A DNA stretch of 37,815 nt from the NCBI GenBank assembly GCA_002683515.1, contig NYTN01000011.1:1-37815 (forward strand), in the 5' to 3' direction. Below the pieces are notes generated by a model that was given only the letters and a program-made list of their open reading frames with translations, did no database searches and was not told the origin of the DNA. Positions within the stretch are counted from its first letter, which is position 1. Each line of letters begins with the position of its first letter. Shown here piece after piece: positions 8,375 to 17,745 of this stretch. The stretch is from Rhodobiaceae bacterium. GTDB taxonomy: Bacteria > Pseudomonadota > Alphaproteobacteria > RS24. Position numbers and translations under genes: made by a program.

Positions 8375-10135
8375 TCGGCTTTTCTCGTTTTTTGTTTCAA
8401 CCTGCATGTAAGGTTGTCTGCGATATATCGGCCATTCTCCAGAAGCCAGTTCATCAAGGCTCGGACTGAATTGGTTAAGCCTGTCCCTATAAATCCAAAG
8501 ATTTGCCATCACCTTTTGCACGTATAGCCGTGTTTCTGGTGCGCTCATACTTTCCATAAATAAAAGCGGGTCGTCTGGACGACCTATTTCGCGAGACCAC
8601 CTTCTTACCTTGCCGGATCCGGCATTATAAGAGGCAAGCACTTTAATCAGATTGTTTTCCATGGTCTTCTCGCCAAGTAATTTGAATAGAAGAGATTGAC
8701 CAATGGCCAGATTTACGGAGATATCATAAAGTCTATCGCGTCCTGATTTGTATCGGAATTTTCTATCGCCGGAGACAAAAGCGGCTGTAGCAGGCATAAT
8801 TTGCATCAGCCCTCGCGCACCCACGCGAGACTTGGCGCGTGCTTTAAATCGGCTCTCTTGACGGATAAGGGCAAATATAAGTGCTTTATCAACTTTGTAA
8901 TCTGCTGATGGCCTATAATCATGTATTGGGTAATAACCTTCTGGGAGCACATGAGGTGTTCGTTCATTGCCATATTCGAGTATTTCGGTCATGGCGAGTT
9001 CAACGGCTGAAAGTTTGAGGTCAATTGCAAGTTCCAGTAAAGCCTTTTGTTGTGGCCGAGTTAGTCGGTTTCTGATATTGAGCAACTCAAGCTCAGTAAG
9101 TTCTTGCTGGTCAGCCTCAAGAAGTTTGAGTGCGCGTTGAACGGAATCCACGTTTCCAATGGTTTCAGACTCTTGCAGACTGGTTTGAGTCCATGAGAAA
9201 GCGACAGGCCCATTCAATCGACGATAAGCCAACAGACCATAGAAATCATTACCACCATATTTAACAGCTTCTCCAAGCATTAAGGTGGCTTCAGGATTTT
9301 TGTTCAAGGCGAGATAACTGCGTGCAGCCCAAACCGAGGCGGCGGCGCGGTGACGGTTTTTAGCATTTTCATTTTCAGATAGATTAGTAAAATACGTAAC
9401 GGCGAGGTTAAATTTGTTGAGACGCCATGCCGCCAGACCTGCATGCCAGTCAGATAGCGTGACTACATGACGGCTTCGGGTAGCCAGTTGAGCTATTTCT
9501 AAAGCCTTTGACGGTTTTCCTTCGATAAAATACGAGCGGGCGATTTTAGAGCGCAATAAATCTGTTTCGGCGGCTGAGAGTTGTCGATCCACTGATCTTT
9601 TGGAAATATAGCGCAAGGCTTGTGTCGGGCGTTCGCGGTAAGTTAGTCGGTTCACTTCCCGTCGAATGCGTCGGGTACTGCGCTTATAGAAAGTCCTTAC
9701 ACTTGGTGGAGACGAGGCGTATGTTTGGTTATAAATGCGCTCAGGGGGCGGTTTTGGCATGCGCGCCCCTTTTGGGCGGCGTTTCTTTGCCAAGTGGTAA
9801 ACCTGCCATGCCCCCGGATGATCGGCATATTTTTTTAGCCAATCCCGCAATTCTGGCCATTTAGAGCGATAGGCCGTCGGATGCATATATCTCAGCCGAT
9901 AAACATGCCCAAGCAAAGATGTGTCGTCGAGTTCTCTTATTAGTTTGTCAGCGGATGCCCATTTGGCACTTTCCTGTAACTCGAAAATTCTTTTGTAGAT
10001 CTCATGGTCCGGTTGTTTGGGTGGTGGTTCATAAGCAGGTCTCGGTTCCGGTGGGCCGAGTGTCCGGGCTTGTGTTTGGATACCGCCGCTTAAAAGCAAC
10101 AAACTAAGAAAAACCAGAGAGGATAATTGACGCAT
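8342..10135 (-). CDS. Soluble lytic transglycosylase (Slt70-like), exported
   Basis: Signal peptide, helical repeat region, and SLT motifs IRQESRF, GARGLMQIMPATA, ASYNAG, ETRLYVQKV. Confidence 0.95.
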   Translation of the reverse strand: MRQLSSLVFLSLLLLSGGIQTQARTLGPPEPRPAYEPPPKQPDHEIYKRIFELQESAKWASADKLIRELDDTSLLGHVYRLRYMHPTAYRSKWPELRDWLKKYADHPGAWQVYHLAKKRRPKGARMPKPPPERIYNQTYASSPPSVRTFYKRSTRRIRREVNRLTYRERPTQALRYISKRSVDRQLSAAETDLLRSKIARSYFIEGKPSKALEIAQLATRSRHVVTLSDWHAGLAAWRLNKFNLAVTYFTNLSENENAKNRHRAAASVWAARSYLALNKNPEATLMLGEAVKYGGNDFYGLLAYRRLNGPVAFSWTQTSLQESETIGNVDSVQRALKLLEADQQELTELELLNIRNRLTRPQQKALLELAIDLKLSAVELAMTEILEYGNERTPHVLPEGYYPIHDYRPSADYKVDKALIFALIRQESRFKARAKSRVGARGLMQIMPATAAFVSGDRKFRYKSGRDRLYDISVNLAIGQSLLFKLLGEKTMENNLIKVLASYNAGSGKVRRWSREIGRPDDPLLFMESMSAPETRLYVQKVMANLWIYRDRLNQFSPSLDELASGEWPIYRRQPYMQVETKNEKSRSVKMTADVLN

Positions 10136-11127
10136 CAGTCTGTCCCCTCCAAATTAGCAGCATCTGAAGTAAGCGTGTTTGAAAGTTTTTTTTGTAAACT
10201 GCATAAATCTTGCCAAGTTTCAGCTTTACGCGCAGGGTTTCTTAGCAGATAGGCTGGATGTAAAATCGGTAAGGCAGGGATTTCACGGCTTTTGATGTTA
10301 ATGTCTTGCCATGAGCCCCGCAATTTTGTGATTCCGAGTGTGCTGTCGAGCATTTCTTTGGCCGAAACCCCTCCAACAAGAACAAGAATGTCCGGTTGAA
10401 CCAGTTCAATATGACGCAACAAGAACGGGCGACATAATGCTGTTTCATGGGGTGTCGGGGTTCTGTTTCCGGTCGGACGCCATGGAACAAGATTGGTGAT
10501 ATAAATGTCGTTACGATTAAGTCCGATAGCGGCAAACATTTTATCCAGCAATTTACCACTTCGCCCGATGAAGGGCTTACCTTCGCGATCTTCATCACGT
10601 CCAGGAGCCTCGCCCACCAGCATGATTTTGGATGCCGGATTACCATCAGAAAATACTGTATTTTTAGCCGCGCGTTTTAGAGCACACCCTTCAAAAGCTT
10701 CCATTGCTTGTTTTAATGCGTCGAGTGTGTCGGCCTGTTCTGCAACATGTTCTGCTGCAGAAACATCCCCTGCGTCTGCCGTGTTTTCTCGTAATACTGC
10801 CGGTGCGACAGGGCGAGCCTTTTGTATATCATATGATGGCAAGTCATCATTTTGACTCTGAGGTTTAATAACGGGGGCAGAAACTATTTGTGCTGTTAGC
10901 TTAGGGTCTGGTCGAGGGGTGAGTGTGTGTTGAGGTTGGGGGTCAGGCGCAAACGTTTCTGTCGACCTATTGCTTTTAAACCGATTAACCGGGTCGGCCT
11001 CAAGAAATACGTTAACCCCCGCATTTATTTGGAATTCTAAAGCATGAACCATGTTCATATAGTCAGCATGACTGATATGCGTATGTTGTGGTTCTTGAGG
11101 TATGTCTGTCACAGGGTGGTTATCCAA
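10135..11127 (-). CDS. Uracil-DNA glycosylase family 4 with Pro-rich N-terminal extension
   Basis: VGEAPGRDED...PFIGRSGKLLD; YITN; HPAYLLR. The start (TTG 11127) is uncertain; the stop overlaps the slt start by 1 nt. Confidence 0.93.
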   Translation of the reverse strand: MDNHPVTDIPQEPQHTHISHADYMNMVHALEFQINAGVNVFLEADPVNRFKSNRSTETFAPDPQPQHTLTPRPDPKLTAQIVSAPVIKPQSQNDDLPSYDIQKARPVAPAVLRENTADAGDVSAAEHVAEQADTLDALKQAMEAFEGCALKRAAKNTVFSDGNPASKIMLVGEAPGRDEDREGKPFIGRSGKLLDKMFAAIGLNRNDIYITNLVPWRPTGNRTPTPHETALCRPFLLRHIELVQPDILVLVGGVSAKEMLDSTLGITKLRGSWQDINIKSREIPALPILHPAYLLRNPARKAETWQDLCSLQKKLSNTLTSDAANLEGTD

Positions 11128-11392
11128 ATCAGTATCTATACAGCCTTATAATATAGATTTGTTCGTCATTCGTTTAAAACATCTATTTTTATGGTGTGAA
11201 TTCACCTCCATATACGGCATCATGCTCATATATGTCTTCACGCTCAAGACAATAGGTCGCACATTGCATGAAGAATGGTCAATGTGATTTGCAATCTGTC
11301 TGATTCGTCATAAAATAGTATCCCATAAAAACTTTATCTATTACATATTCTGATGCTTGGACGTTTCGGAAGCATGTAAAAAGGAGAAGCTG

Positions 11393-13105
11393 TTGTCAGA
11401 CTTACCGGTAAATGAAGTAAACTCCCTTCAGGGCTGGGCACTTGCGCCCGAAGAGCGTGAAGGAATGGAATATGATGTTGTTATTGTCGGAGCGGGTCCA
11501 GCAGGTTTGTCGGCAGCTATCCGGTTGAAGCAACTTTCCGAAGAGGCAGGTAAGGATATTTCTGTTTGTGTGTTGGAAAAGGGATCTGAAGTCGGCGCAC
11601 ATATTTTGTCCGGTGCCGTTATTGATCCAAGGGGCATGAATAAATTATTCATCGATTGGAAAGAGCGCGGCGCGCCTCTTGAAACGCCTGTAACCCGCGA
11701 CCGCTTTTTATGGCTCGGTCACTCCGGCGCATTACCTTTGCCAAATATTATGTTGCCACCACTGATGAAAAATCACGGCAATTATATTGCAAGCCTCGGA
11801 AACGTCACGCGCTGGCTTGGTGAACAGGCTGAAGCGCTTGGTGTTGAAATTTATCCAGGCTTTGCTGCCGCTCAATTGCTGTTTGATGACAATGGTGCTG
11901 TGCGCGGGGTGGCAACCGGCGATATGGGTGTTTCTAAAGAAGGCGGCAAGAAAGATGGGTGGATGCCGGGTATGGAACTTCATGCCAAATACACGCTTTT
12001 GGCGGAAGGTGTCCGCGGGTCATTGTCCAAAGCGATGATTTCCCATTTTGAATTGGATAAAGATGCTGACCATCAAAAATATGGAATTGGTATAAAAGAA
12101 TTGTGGCAGGTGGCGCCGGAGAAATTTAGGTCTGGTTATGTTCAGCATACCCTTGGCTGGCCGCTCGATAATAAAACGGGGGGCGGTTCGTTCCTTTATC
12201 ATTTCGGTGATAATTATGTTTCTATCGGTTTTGTCACGCATCTGAATTATCAAAACCCTTATTTGTCACCTTATGACGAATTCCAACGCTTTAAAATGCA
12301 TCCGGCAATTCGCGAAACACTTGAAGACGGCAAAAGAATTTCTTACGGCGCGCGAGCGATTACAGAAGGCGGCTATCAGTCTGTTCCAAAACTTGTATTC
12401 CCAGGCGGTGCTTTATTGGGTTGTGCTGCGGGATTTGTAAATGTGCCGCGGATTAAGGGTAGTCACAATGCTATGGAAAGTGGGGTGATGGCTGCAGATG
12501 CTGCCTTTGAGGCCATCATTACTGGACGCGCACTGGATGAATTGACCGCTTATCAGGAAGCTTATGATGCCTCGGATATTAAAAAAGAGCTGAAAGTCGT
12601 TAGAAATGTGAAACCACTTCTGTCCAAATTTGGGACATTCCTTGGTACGATTCTCGGTGGTTTTGAAATGTGGATGCAAACACTCAAAATTGGTCTGCCG
12701 TATACGCTGAGCCACGGCAAACCGGACCATGCGGCTCTCAAAAAGGCTTCCGCCAGTAAGCCAATTGATTATCCTAAACCCGATAATATTGTTGCCTTTG
12801 ATAAACTTTCCTCGGTATTTCTGTCTGCAACCAATCATGAGGAAGACCAGCCTGCCCATTTGACGCTTAAAGATGCGAGTGTTCCTGTTGAAGTCAATCT
12901 TCCTGACTTTGCTGAACCTGCACAACGCTATTGTCCTGCAGGGGTCTATGAAATTGTTGGTGAGGAAGCTGGCGAGGGACCACGTCTGCAGATTAATGCT
13001 CAAAATTGTGTGCATTGTAAAACTTGTGATATCAAATGTCCGTCGCAGAATATTAATTGGGTCGTTCCGGAAGGCGGCGGTGGACCAAACTATCCGAATA
13101 TGTAA
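11393..13105 (+). CDS. Electron transfer flavoprotein-ubiquinone oxidoreductase (ETF-QO)
   Basis: YDVVIVGAGPAGL FAD motif; EKGSEVGAHILSGA; C-terminal YCPAGVYE...NCVHCKTCDIKCP [4Fe-4S]. Start placed at TTG 11393 because AGGAG lies 6 nt upstream (ORF track begins at 11357). Confidence 0.97.
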   Translation: MSDLPVNEVNSLQGWALAPEEREGMEYDVVIVGAGPAGLSAAIRLKQLSEEAGKDISVCVLEKGSEVGAHILSGAVIDPRGMNKLFIDWKERGAPLETPVTRDRFLWLGHSGALPLPNIMLPPLMKNHGNYIASLGNVTRWLGEQAEALGVEIYPGFAAAQLLFDDNGAVRGVATGDMGVSKEGGKKDGWMPGMELHAKYTLLAEGVRGSLSKAMISHFELDKDADHQKYGIGIKELWQVAPEKFRSGYVQHTLGWPLDNKTGGGSFLYHFGDNYVSIGFVTHLNYQNPYLSPYDEFQRFKMHPAIRETLEDGKRISYGARAITEGGYQSVPKLVFPGGALLGCAAGFVNVPRIKGSHNAMESGVMAADAAFEAIITGRALDELTAYQEAYDASDIKKELKVVRNVKPLLSKFGTFLGTILGGFEMWMQTLKIGLPYTLSHGKPDHAALKKASASKPIDYPKPDNIVAFDKLSSVFLSATNHEEDQPAHLTLKDASVPVEVNLPDFAEPAQRYCPAGVYEIVGEEAGEGPRLQINAQNCVHCKTCDIKCPSQNINWVVPEGGGGPNYPNM

Positions 13106-13106
13106 T

Positions 13107-13127
13107 ACGCTTCTAATTTAAGCGTTT
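13107..13127 (+). terminator. Weak hairpin after ETF-QO (possible leaky terminator or processing site)
   Basis: ACGCTT-N7-AAGCGT followed by only a short T run. Confidence 0.25.
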
Positions 13128-13148
13128 AAGCGGAGAGCATAAAACATC

Positions 13149-14888
13149 ATGTCAGGTCAAAAATCTTCTGTTTTGACAAAACTACGTTTTTTGATGCCTG
13201 TCATTTTGGGGGGTGTCATCTTTGCCATGCTCGTCGTGATGCCTTTTTTGCGCTCGCGATCTTTGCCAATTTTACAAGATATCGGACCGTCTCTAACGGG
13301 GCATATTTTGGCGGGAAGTTTTGCGCAAGAGCAAAATGATTTGTCTGCTGCTATTAAATATTATGAGGTGGCGCTTAGCGTAAACCCTGAAGACCCTGCT
13401 TTGCTAGAAAAGCTCTTTAGTCTTTATATGTCGGCTGGAGAGATAACCAAAGCTGCAGATCTGTCGCCACGCCTCATACACTTGAAGCAAGATGTTCAGC
13501 AAGCTAGATTGGTTCTCGCGGTAGAGAAATTTAAAGATAAAAAATATGCTGAAGCCGAGTCTATTATTCAGCAAACACGGGATGATCCGTTCTCAGTTTT
13601 CGTCAAAAATATGTTTTTGATGTGGTCCGCCTTTGGGCAGGGGGACGAAGACCGCGCCCGCGCTCATGCTGATACATTGCTTGACCTCAAAACGCTCGAT
13701 AAGGTTGCAAGCTGGAACATTGCCCGACTTTATGAGGCTTTAGGCGATGACATGGGCGCCAATGATTTATTTGTTGATGTCATTAAGAAAAATGCGATGA
13801 AGGGGAGTAGCTTTTTTTCTGATTATATGGGCTTTCTCGTCAGTCAAGGTCGTGGCGATGAAGCTTTGATGCTTCTGGAAAGCCATCTTCCGCAAAAAGA
13901 CAAAACACCATACACACTCGATGCCTATCGTGTAGTGGAAACCCCAAAAAAACGCGCCGCCCTGTCTCCTGCAGAAGGGCTTTCCATGGGATTAATGGAA
14001 CTGGGTGTTCTTTTTAGCGGGGAACTACCCGCTGAAATTACTCTACCCTATTTGCATCAGGCCCTGTGGTTGGATCACACATCTGACAAAGCGCGCGTTG
14101 TGATTGGCGAGTTAATGTCGGGGATGGGCGATGAGGCTAGGGCGCTGAGTATTTATGAAGATGTCACTGCAAGCTCCATATCTTTGACTTTCGCGCGCTT
14201 GTCAGAGGCTAGGATTTTAGAGAATTTGGGGCGTAAATCTGAAGCTCAAAGCTTACTTGAGACCCTTGTAAAAAGAGAAACCTATTCGTTTAACCTGCTA
14301 TCCTTAGCGGATTTTTATCGTCGCGATGAACAGATGGCCAAGGCAGAACAGATATATAATCAGCTGATTGATCAACTTGGTGAGGGCAATAACCAAAATT
14401 GGGAGCTTTATTTCTATCGTGGCATCACGTTGGAGCAACAAGATAGATGGGGCGAAGCTGAAGCAGATTTGCTGAAAGCCAAACGGCTTTCAGGTAACCA
14501 GCCTTTTGTTCTAAATTATCTTGGTTATAGCTGGATAGATAATGGTATTAATCTCTATCAGGGGCTAGAGATGATTAAGAAAGCAGTGGCGCAAGAGCCA
14601 CGCAATGGTTTCTTTGTCGACAGTCTGGGTTGGGCATTTTACCGAATGAAAGATTTCGGGGCGGCGGTACAGTTTTTGGAGAAAGCGACCGAATTAGAAC
14701 CTGATGATCCCGAAATCATAGATCATTTGGGGGATGCATTGTGGCAATCAGGTCGGCAGATTGAAGCCCGTTATCAATGGCGTCGTGCTTTAGCTCTTGA
14801 AGATGACACGACAAAGCAAAAAGAAATCGAAGACAAAATCGATCATGGTGTCATTCAGGTTGCCGCCGAGCACGGACCCGCAATCTGA
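13149..14888 (+). CDS. Membrane-anchored tetratricopeptide-repeat protein
   Basis: N-terminal TM; C-terminal TPRs VLNYLGYSW...DSLGWAFY...DHLGDALW...EARYQWRRAL; conserved position upstream of ispE. Confidence 0.92.
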   Translation: MSGQKSSVLTKLRFLMPVILGGVIFAMLVVMPFLRSRSLPILQDIGPSLTGHILAGSFAQEQNDLSAAIKYYEVALSVNPEDPALLEKLFSLYMSAGEITKAADLSPRLIHLKQDVQQARLVLAVEKFKDKKYAEAESIIQQTRDDPFSVFVKNMFLMWSAFGQGDEDRARAHADTLLDLKTLDKVASWNIARLYEALGDDMGANDLFVDVIKKNAMKGSSFFSDYMGFLVSQGRGDEALMLLESHLPQKDKTPYTLDAYRVVETPKKRAALSPAEGLSMGLMELGVLFSGELPAEITLPYLHQALWLDHTSDKARVVIGELMSGMGDEARALSIYEDVTASSISLTFARLSEARILENLGRKSEAQSLLETLVKRETYSFNLLSLADFYRRDEQMAKAEQIYNQLIDQLGEGNNQNWELYFYRGITLEQQDRWGEAEADLLKAKRLSGNQPFVLNYLGYSWIDNGINLYQGLEMIKKAVAQEPRNGFFVDSLGWAFYRMKDFGAAVQFLEKATELEPDDPEIIDHLGDALWQSGRQIEARYQWRRALALEDDTTKQKEIEDKIDHGVIQVAAEHGPAI

Positions 14889-14895
14889 CATTTGC

Positions 14896-15795
14896 ATGAC
14901 CGATAGCTCCTCATTCTCGAAAACGGCAAATGCGAAAATTAATCTTACTCTTTCAGTTTTGGGTAAAAGGCCCGACGGGTATCATGCAGTTGATAGCCTT
15001 GTCACATTTGCGGCACTGGGAGATGAGTTATCGGTTTCGTCTTCAGATGAATTATCACTCACCTATAAGGGTGAATTTGCCCAGGATCTGACAGCTTCAT
15101 TAATGAAAAAATCAGATGATTTGATTTTGAAGGCTGCGAAAGCGCTCCAAAAAGAGAGTGGCACATCTGCGGGTGCTGATTTGCAGTTGATCAAATCAGT
15201 TCCGCTTGGCGCCGGATTGGGTGGCGGGTCAGCAGATGCTGCGGCGTGTTTGAGATTACTAAATAGTTTCTGGAAACTTGATTGGTCATTAGATGCTTTG
15301 ATGACCTTAGGAGCACATATTGGTTCTGATGTTCCCGCTTGTGTGATGAATGTGCCTTGCAGGATGACCGGACGCGGAGAGCAAGTAACTAAAATCGACA
15401 CACTCCCAATTCTTTTTTGTGTGCTTGTGAATCCGCGCATGTCTGTATCAACTGCGGAGATATTCCGTAAATTGAACAAACCAAATATAGACATGGATGC
15501 ATTAGAGGCTACAAGCGAGCCGCTTCCGATTTTTGCCAATCATGATGTATTCTATAATTATCTGAAAAAAACCGGCAATGACCTTTTGTCATCCGCAATT
15601 GAAACGGCTCCTGTCATTAGGTCGGTTCTTGATGCGATTAATGACAGTGGTGCAGATATATCCGCCATGACGGGGAGTGGCAGCACGTGTTTCGGGTTGT
15701 TTAAGGATGAGGTTTTTGCGCGTCGCGCCAAAGAGAAGCTGAAGAGGTTACTTCCTGACTATTGGGTTGAGTCAACAGCTCTCAAAACAGATTAG
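14896..15795 (+). CDS. ispE: 4-(cytidine 5'-diphospho)-2-C-methyl-D-erythritol kinase
   Basis: AKINLTL...RPDGYH; PLGAGLGGGSADAAA; GSDVP; MTGSGSTCFG. ATG 14896 preferred over the overlapping TTG 14797. Confidence 0.97.
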   Translation: MTDSSSFSKTANAKINLTLSVLGKRPDGYHAVDSLVTFAALGDELSVSSSDELSLTYKGEFAQDLTASLMKKSDDLILKAAKALQKESGTSAGADLQLIKSVPLGAGLGGGSADAAACLRLLNSFWKLDWSLDALMTLGAHIGSDVPACVMNVPCRMTGRGEQVTKIDTLPILFCVLVNPRMSVSTAEIFRKLNKPNIDMDALEATSEPLPIFANHDVFYNYLKKTGNDLLSSAIETAPVIRSVLDAINDSGADISAMTGSGSTCFGLFKDEVFARRAKEKLKRLLPDYWVESTALKTD

Positions 15796-16802
15796 TAAGC
15801 GCGTGAAATACAGAAATTTATGACATCCAGCATTTGCTGGCGGGTTATGGTGTCGCGAAATGTTACCAGAGCATCTTTGGCAATACTGCCATAATGAGCG
15901 GCTCTGTCGCGGGTGTCCTCAAGCGTTTTGTATTTAGTCAGAAGGTCACAGGCTTTATCGAAATCTTCGTCATTCTGGTCGCGAGCTTCAATGGTGCGTC
16001 TCCAGAACTCTCTTTCCGAGACATTACCTCTGCGATAGGCCAGAATAATTGGCAGGGTAATTTTACCTTCCCTGAAATCATCACCAGTATTTTTACCAAT
16101 ATCGGAAGTTTGCCCATAATCCAAAACATCATCTACAAGTTGAAATGCAATGCCTAGATTACGTCCGTAAGATGCGAGCGCGGCTGTGACGGAATGATCC
16201 TGGTCGCCGATTAATGCCCCGACTTGGGTAGCTGCCGAAAATAGAGCTGCGGTTTTTGAATCCACAACGCGCATATATGCATCTTCAGTAGTATCAAGAT
16301 TATTCATGATGGTCAGTTGAAGTACTTCGCCCTCTGCAATAACGGCTGCGGCATCTGAGAGTACTTTCAAGGCTGGCAAAGAGCCTGTGGAAACCATCAA
16401 ACGAAAAGCCTGACCCAGCAGATAATCGCCGACCAGAACGCTGGCTGCATTTCCCCATCCCATTCGAGCCGTTTGGCGCCCACGGCGCATATCACTCTCA
16501 TCGACCACATCATCATGTAACAATGTGGCGGTGTGCATCAATTCAACACCAGCGGCTAGGGTTATATGGCTTTTGCCGGAATAATCCGTAAGTCGTGCCG
16601 AAGCGAGAGTCAGAAGTGGTCTTAATCTTTTGCCGCCGGATCTAAAAATATGATTGCCGATATCCGGTACGGTTGCGACATCGGAAACAATCTTGTTGCG
16701 GATGGTTTGGTCAACTGATTGCATCTCTTTTTGAAAAGCAGACAGCAAGTTGCTTAAAACGTCATCACGTTTAAAATTTTCGAAAAAAACAACACTGTCC
16801 AT
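15792..16802 (-). CDS. ispB: Long-chain polyprenyl (octa/decaprenyl) diphosphate synthase
   Basis: SGGKRLRP; LHDDVVDESDMRRG; KTAALF; AFQLVDDVLDY; GDDFREGK. Start could be 16802, 16808 or 16820. Confidence 0.95.
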   Translation of the reverse strand: MDSVVFFENFKRDDVLSNLLSAFQKEMQSVDQTIRNKIVSDVATVPDIGNHIFRSGGKRLRPLLTLASARLTDYSGKSHITLAAGVELMHTATLLHDDVVDESDMRRGRQTARMGWGNAASVLVGDYLLGQAFRLMVSTGSLPALKVLSDAAAVIAEGEVLQLTIMNNLDTTEDAYMRVVDSKTAALFSAATQVGALIGDQDHSVTAALASYGRNLGIAFQLVDDVLDYGQTSDIGKNTGDDFREGKITLPIILAYRRGNVSEREFWRRTIEARDQNDEDFDKACDLLTKYKTLEDTRDRAAHYGSIAKDALVTFRDTITRQQMLDVINFCISRAY

Positions 16803-16915
16803 AACCATATCGCTTATCAATTATGATATATTTAAGTTGGTGGAGTAAATCAGCCTAGGGATGAAGTTTCAAGTGCTTCATCTCACTCACTTGGGATATA
16901 AAACGGGGCAAATAT

Positions 16916-17698
16916 ATGTCAACTGACTTGTTACAAGCCACATGCGACCAATTTCTGGGGGGGCAGGTGAAGGCCTATCAACCTGAGAAAGGCTTTCGAA
17001 GTGGCTCTGACGCTATTTTGCTGGCGGCTGCCGTGAACACAATGAATGGGGAAAAATGCCTCGAATTTGGATGCGGTGTAGGTGTTGCATCCCTGTGTCT
17101 TGCCCAAAGATTAGCTAAAGAAGGGGTAAATCACGCCATAACCGGAATTGATGTCCAGTCGATGCTTATCGATCTAGCTCAAAAAAACATCAATATGAAT
17201 GATATGACACCGGAACCGGAATTTTTTGTTCAAGATATTACTGCCAAATTTTCCGATTGGACGCATACCCAGCCGTCAAGTTTTCATCATGTCTTTGCCA
17301 ACCCACCTTATTTTGAGAGAGATGAAAGTTTTGCATCATCGGATGAGAGTAAGGCTCAGGCGCATGTATCCAATCAGGCTGATTTGGACATATGGGTAAA
17401 ACGTGCCGCTACTTGTCTTACCGGAAAGGGGCAGTTTACCTTAATTTATAGAGCTGACGCGCTCGATAGGCTGTTATCAGCCTTATCGCCACAATTTGGG
17501 CGAATTGTTGTTTTACCGATTTCTGCATCACCCGATGAACCGGCAAGCCGCGTGATTGTCCGTGCCACTAGAGATGCAAAAGGTAAATTGAGTTTATTAC
17601 CTCCTTTAGTGACCCATAAAGATAAACGGTATACCGACGAAGTTGAGTATATTTTGCGTGAAGGCGGGAGTCTTCAGAAAAGGTTTGATTTCCAATAG
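16916..17698 (+). CDS. tRNA1(Val) A37 N6-methyltransferase family (YfiC/TrmN6-like)
   Basis: QPEKGFRSGSDAILLAA; SAM motif EFGCGVG; NPPYF; RVIVRA. Confidence 0.88.
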   Translation: MSTDLLQATCDQFLGGQVKAYQPEKGFRSGSDAILLAAAVNTMNGEKCLEFGCGVGVASLCLAQRLAKEGVNHAITGIDVQSMLIDLAQKNINMNDMTPEPEFFVQDITAKFSDWTHTQPSSFHHVFANPPYFERDESFASSDESKAQAHVSNQADLDIWVKRAATCLTGKGQFTLIYRADALDRLLSALSPQFGRIVVLPISASPDEPASRVIVRATRDAKGKLSLLPPLVTHKDKRYTDEVEYILREGGSLQKRFDFQ

Positions 17699-17716
17699 AT
17701 TTTTAATCCGTTAGGA

Positions 17717-17745
17717 TTGCAATTCGACTACTGAGTATATAGTTT
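17717..17745 (+). promoter_or_regulatory. Possible sigma70 promoter of glyQ-glyS-ppdK
   Basis: TTGCAA (17717-17722), 17 nt spacer, TAGTTT (17740-17745); an overlapping TATAGT is also present. Confidence 0.45.

Noticed and set aside
10135-11127. UDG (often labelled phage SPO1 polymerase-related) plus lytic transglycosylase as a prophage remnant
   Set aside because: No phage structural, integrase or att features; both are ordinary chromosomal families flanked by core genes.
11102-11287. 61-aa ORF in the udg / ETF-QO spacer
   Set aside because: No RBS or motif, it overlaps the UDG start, and it has the composition expected of a random AT-rich frame.
12413-13015. 200-aa antisense ORF inside ETF-QO, and similar shadow ORFs inside smc, ispE, glyQ, ppdK and the nad genes
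   Set aside because: They lie wholly opposite or out of frame to well-supported genes, have no recognisable motifs, and are expected from codon bias.
16916-17698. NPPY methyltransferase as a restriction-modification DNA methylase
   Set aside because: Length, the N-terminal QP..GFRSG.DA.LL motif and the ispB/glyQ context fit the YfiC/TrmN6 tRNA methyltransferase family; no nuclease is nearby.
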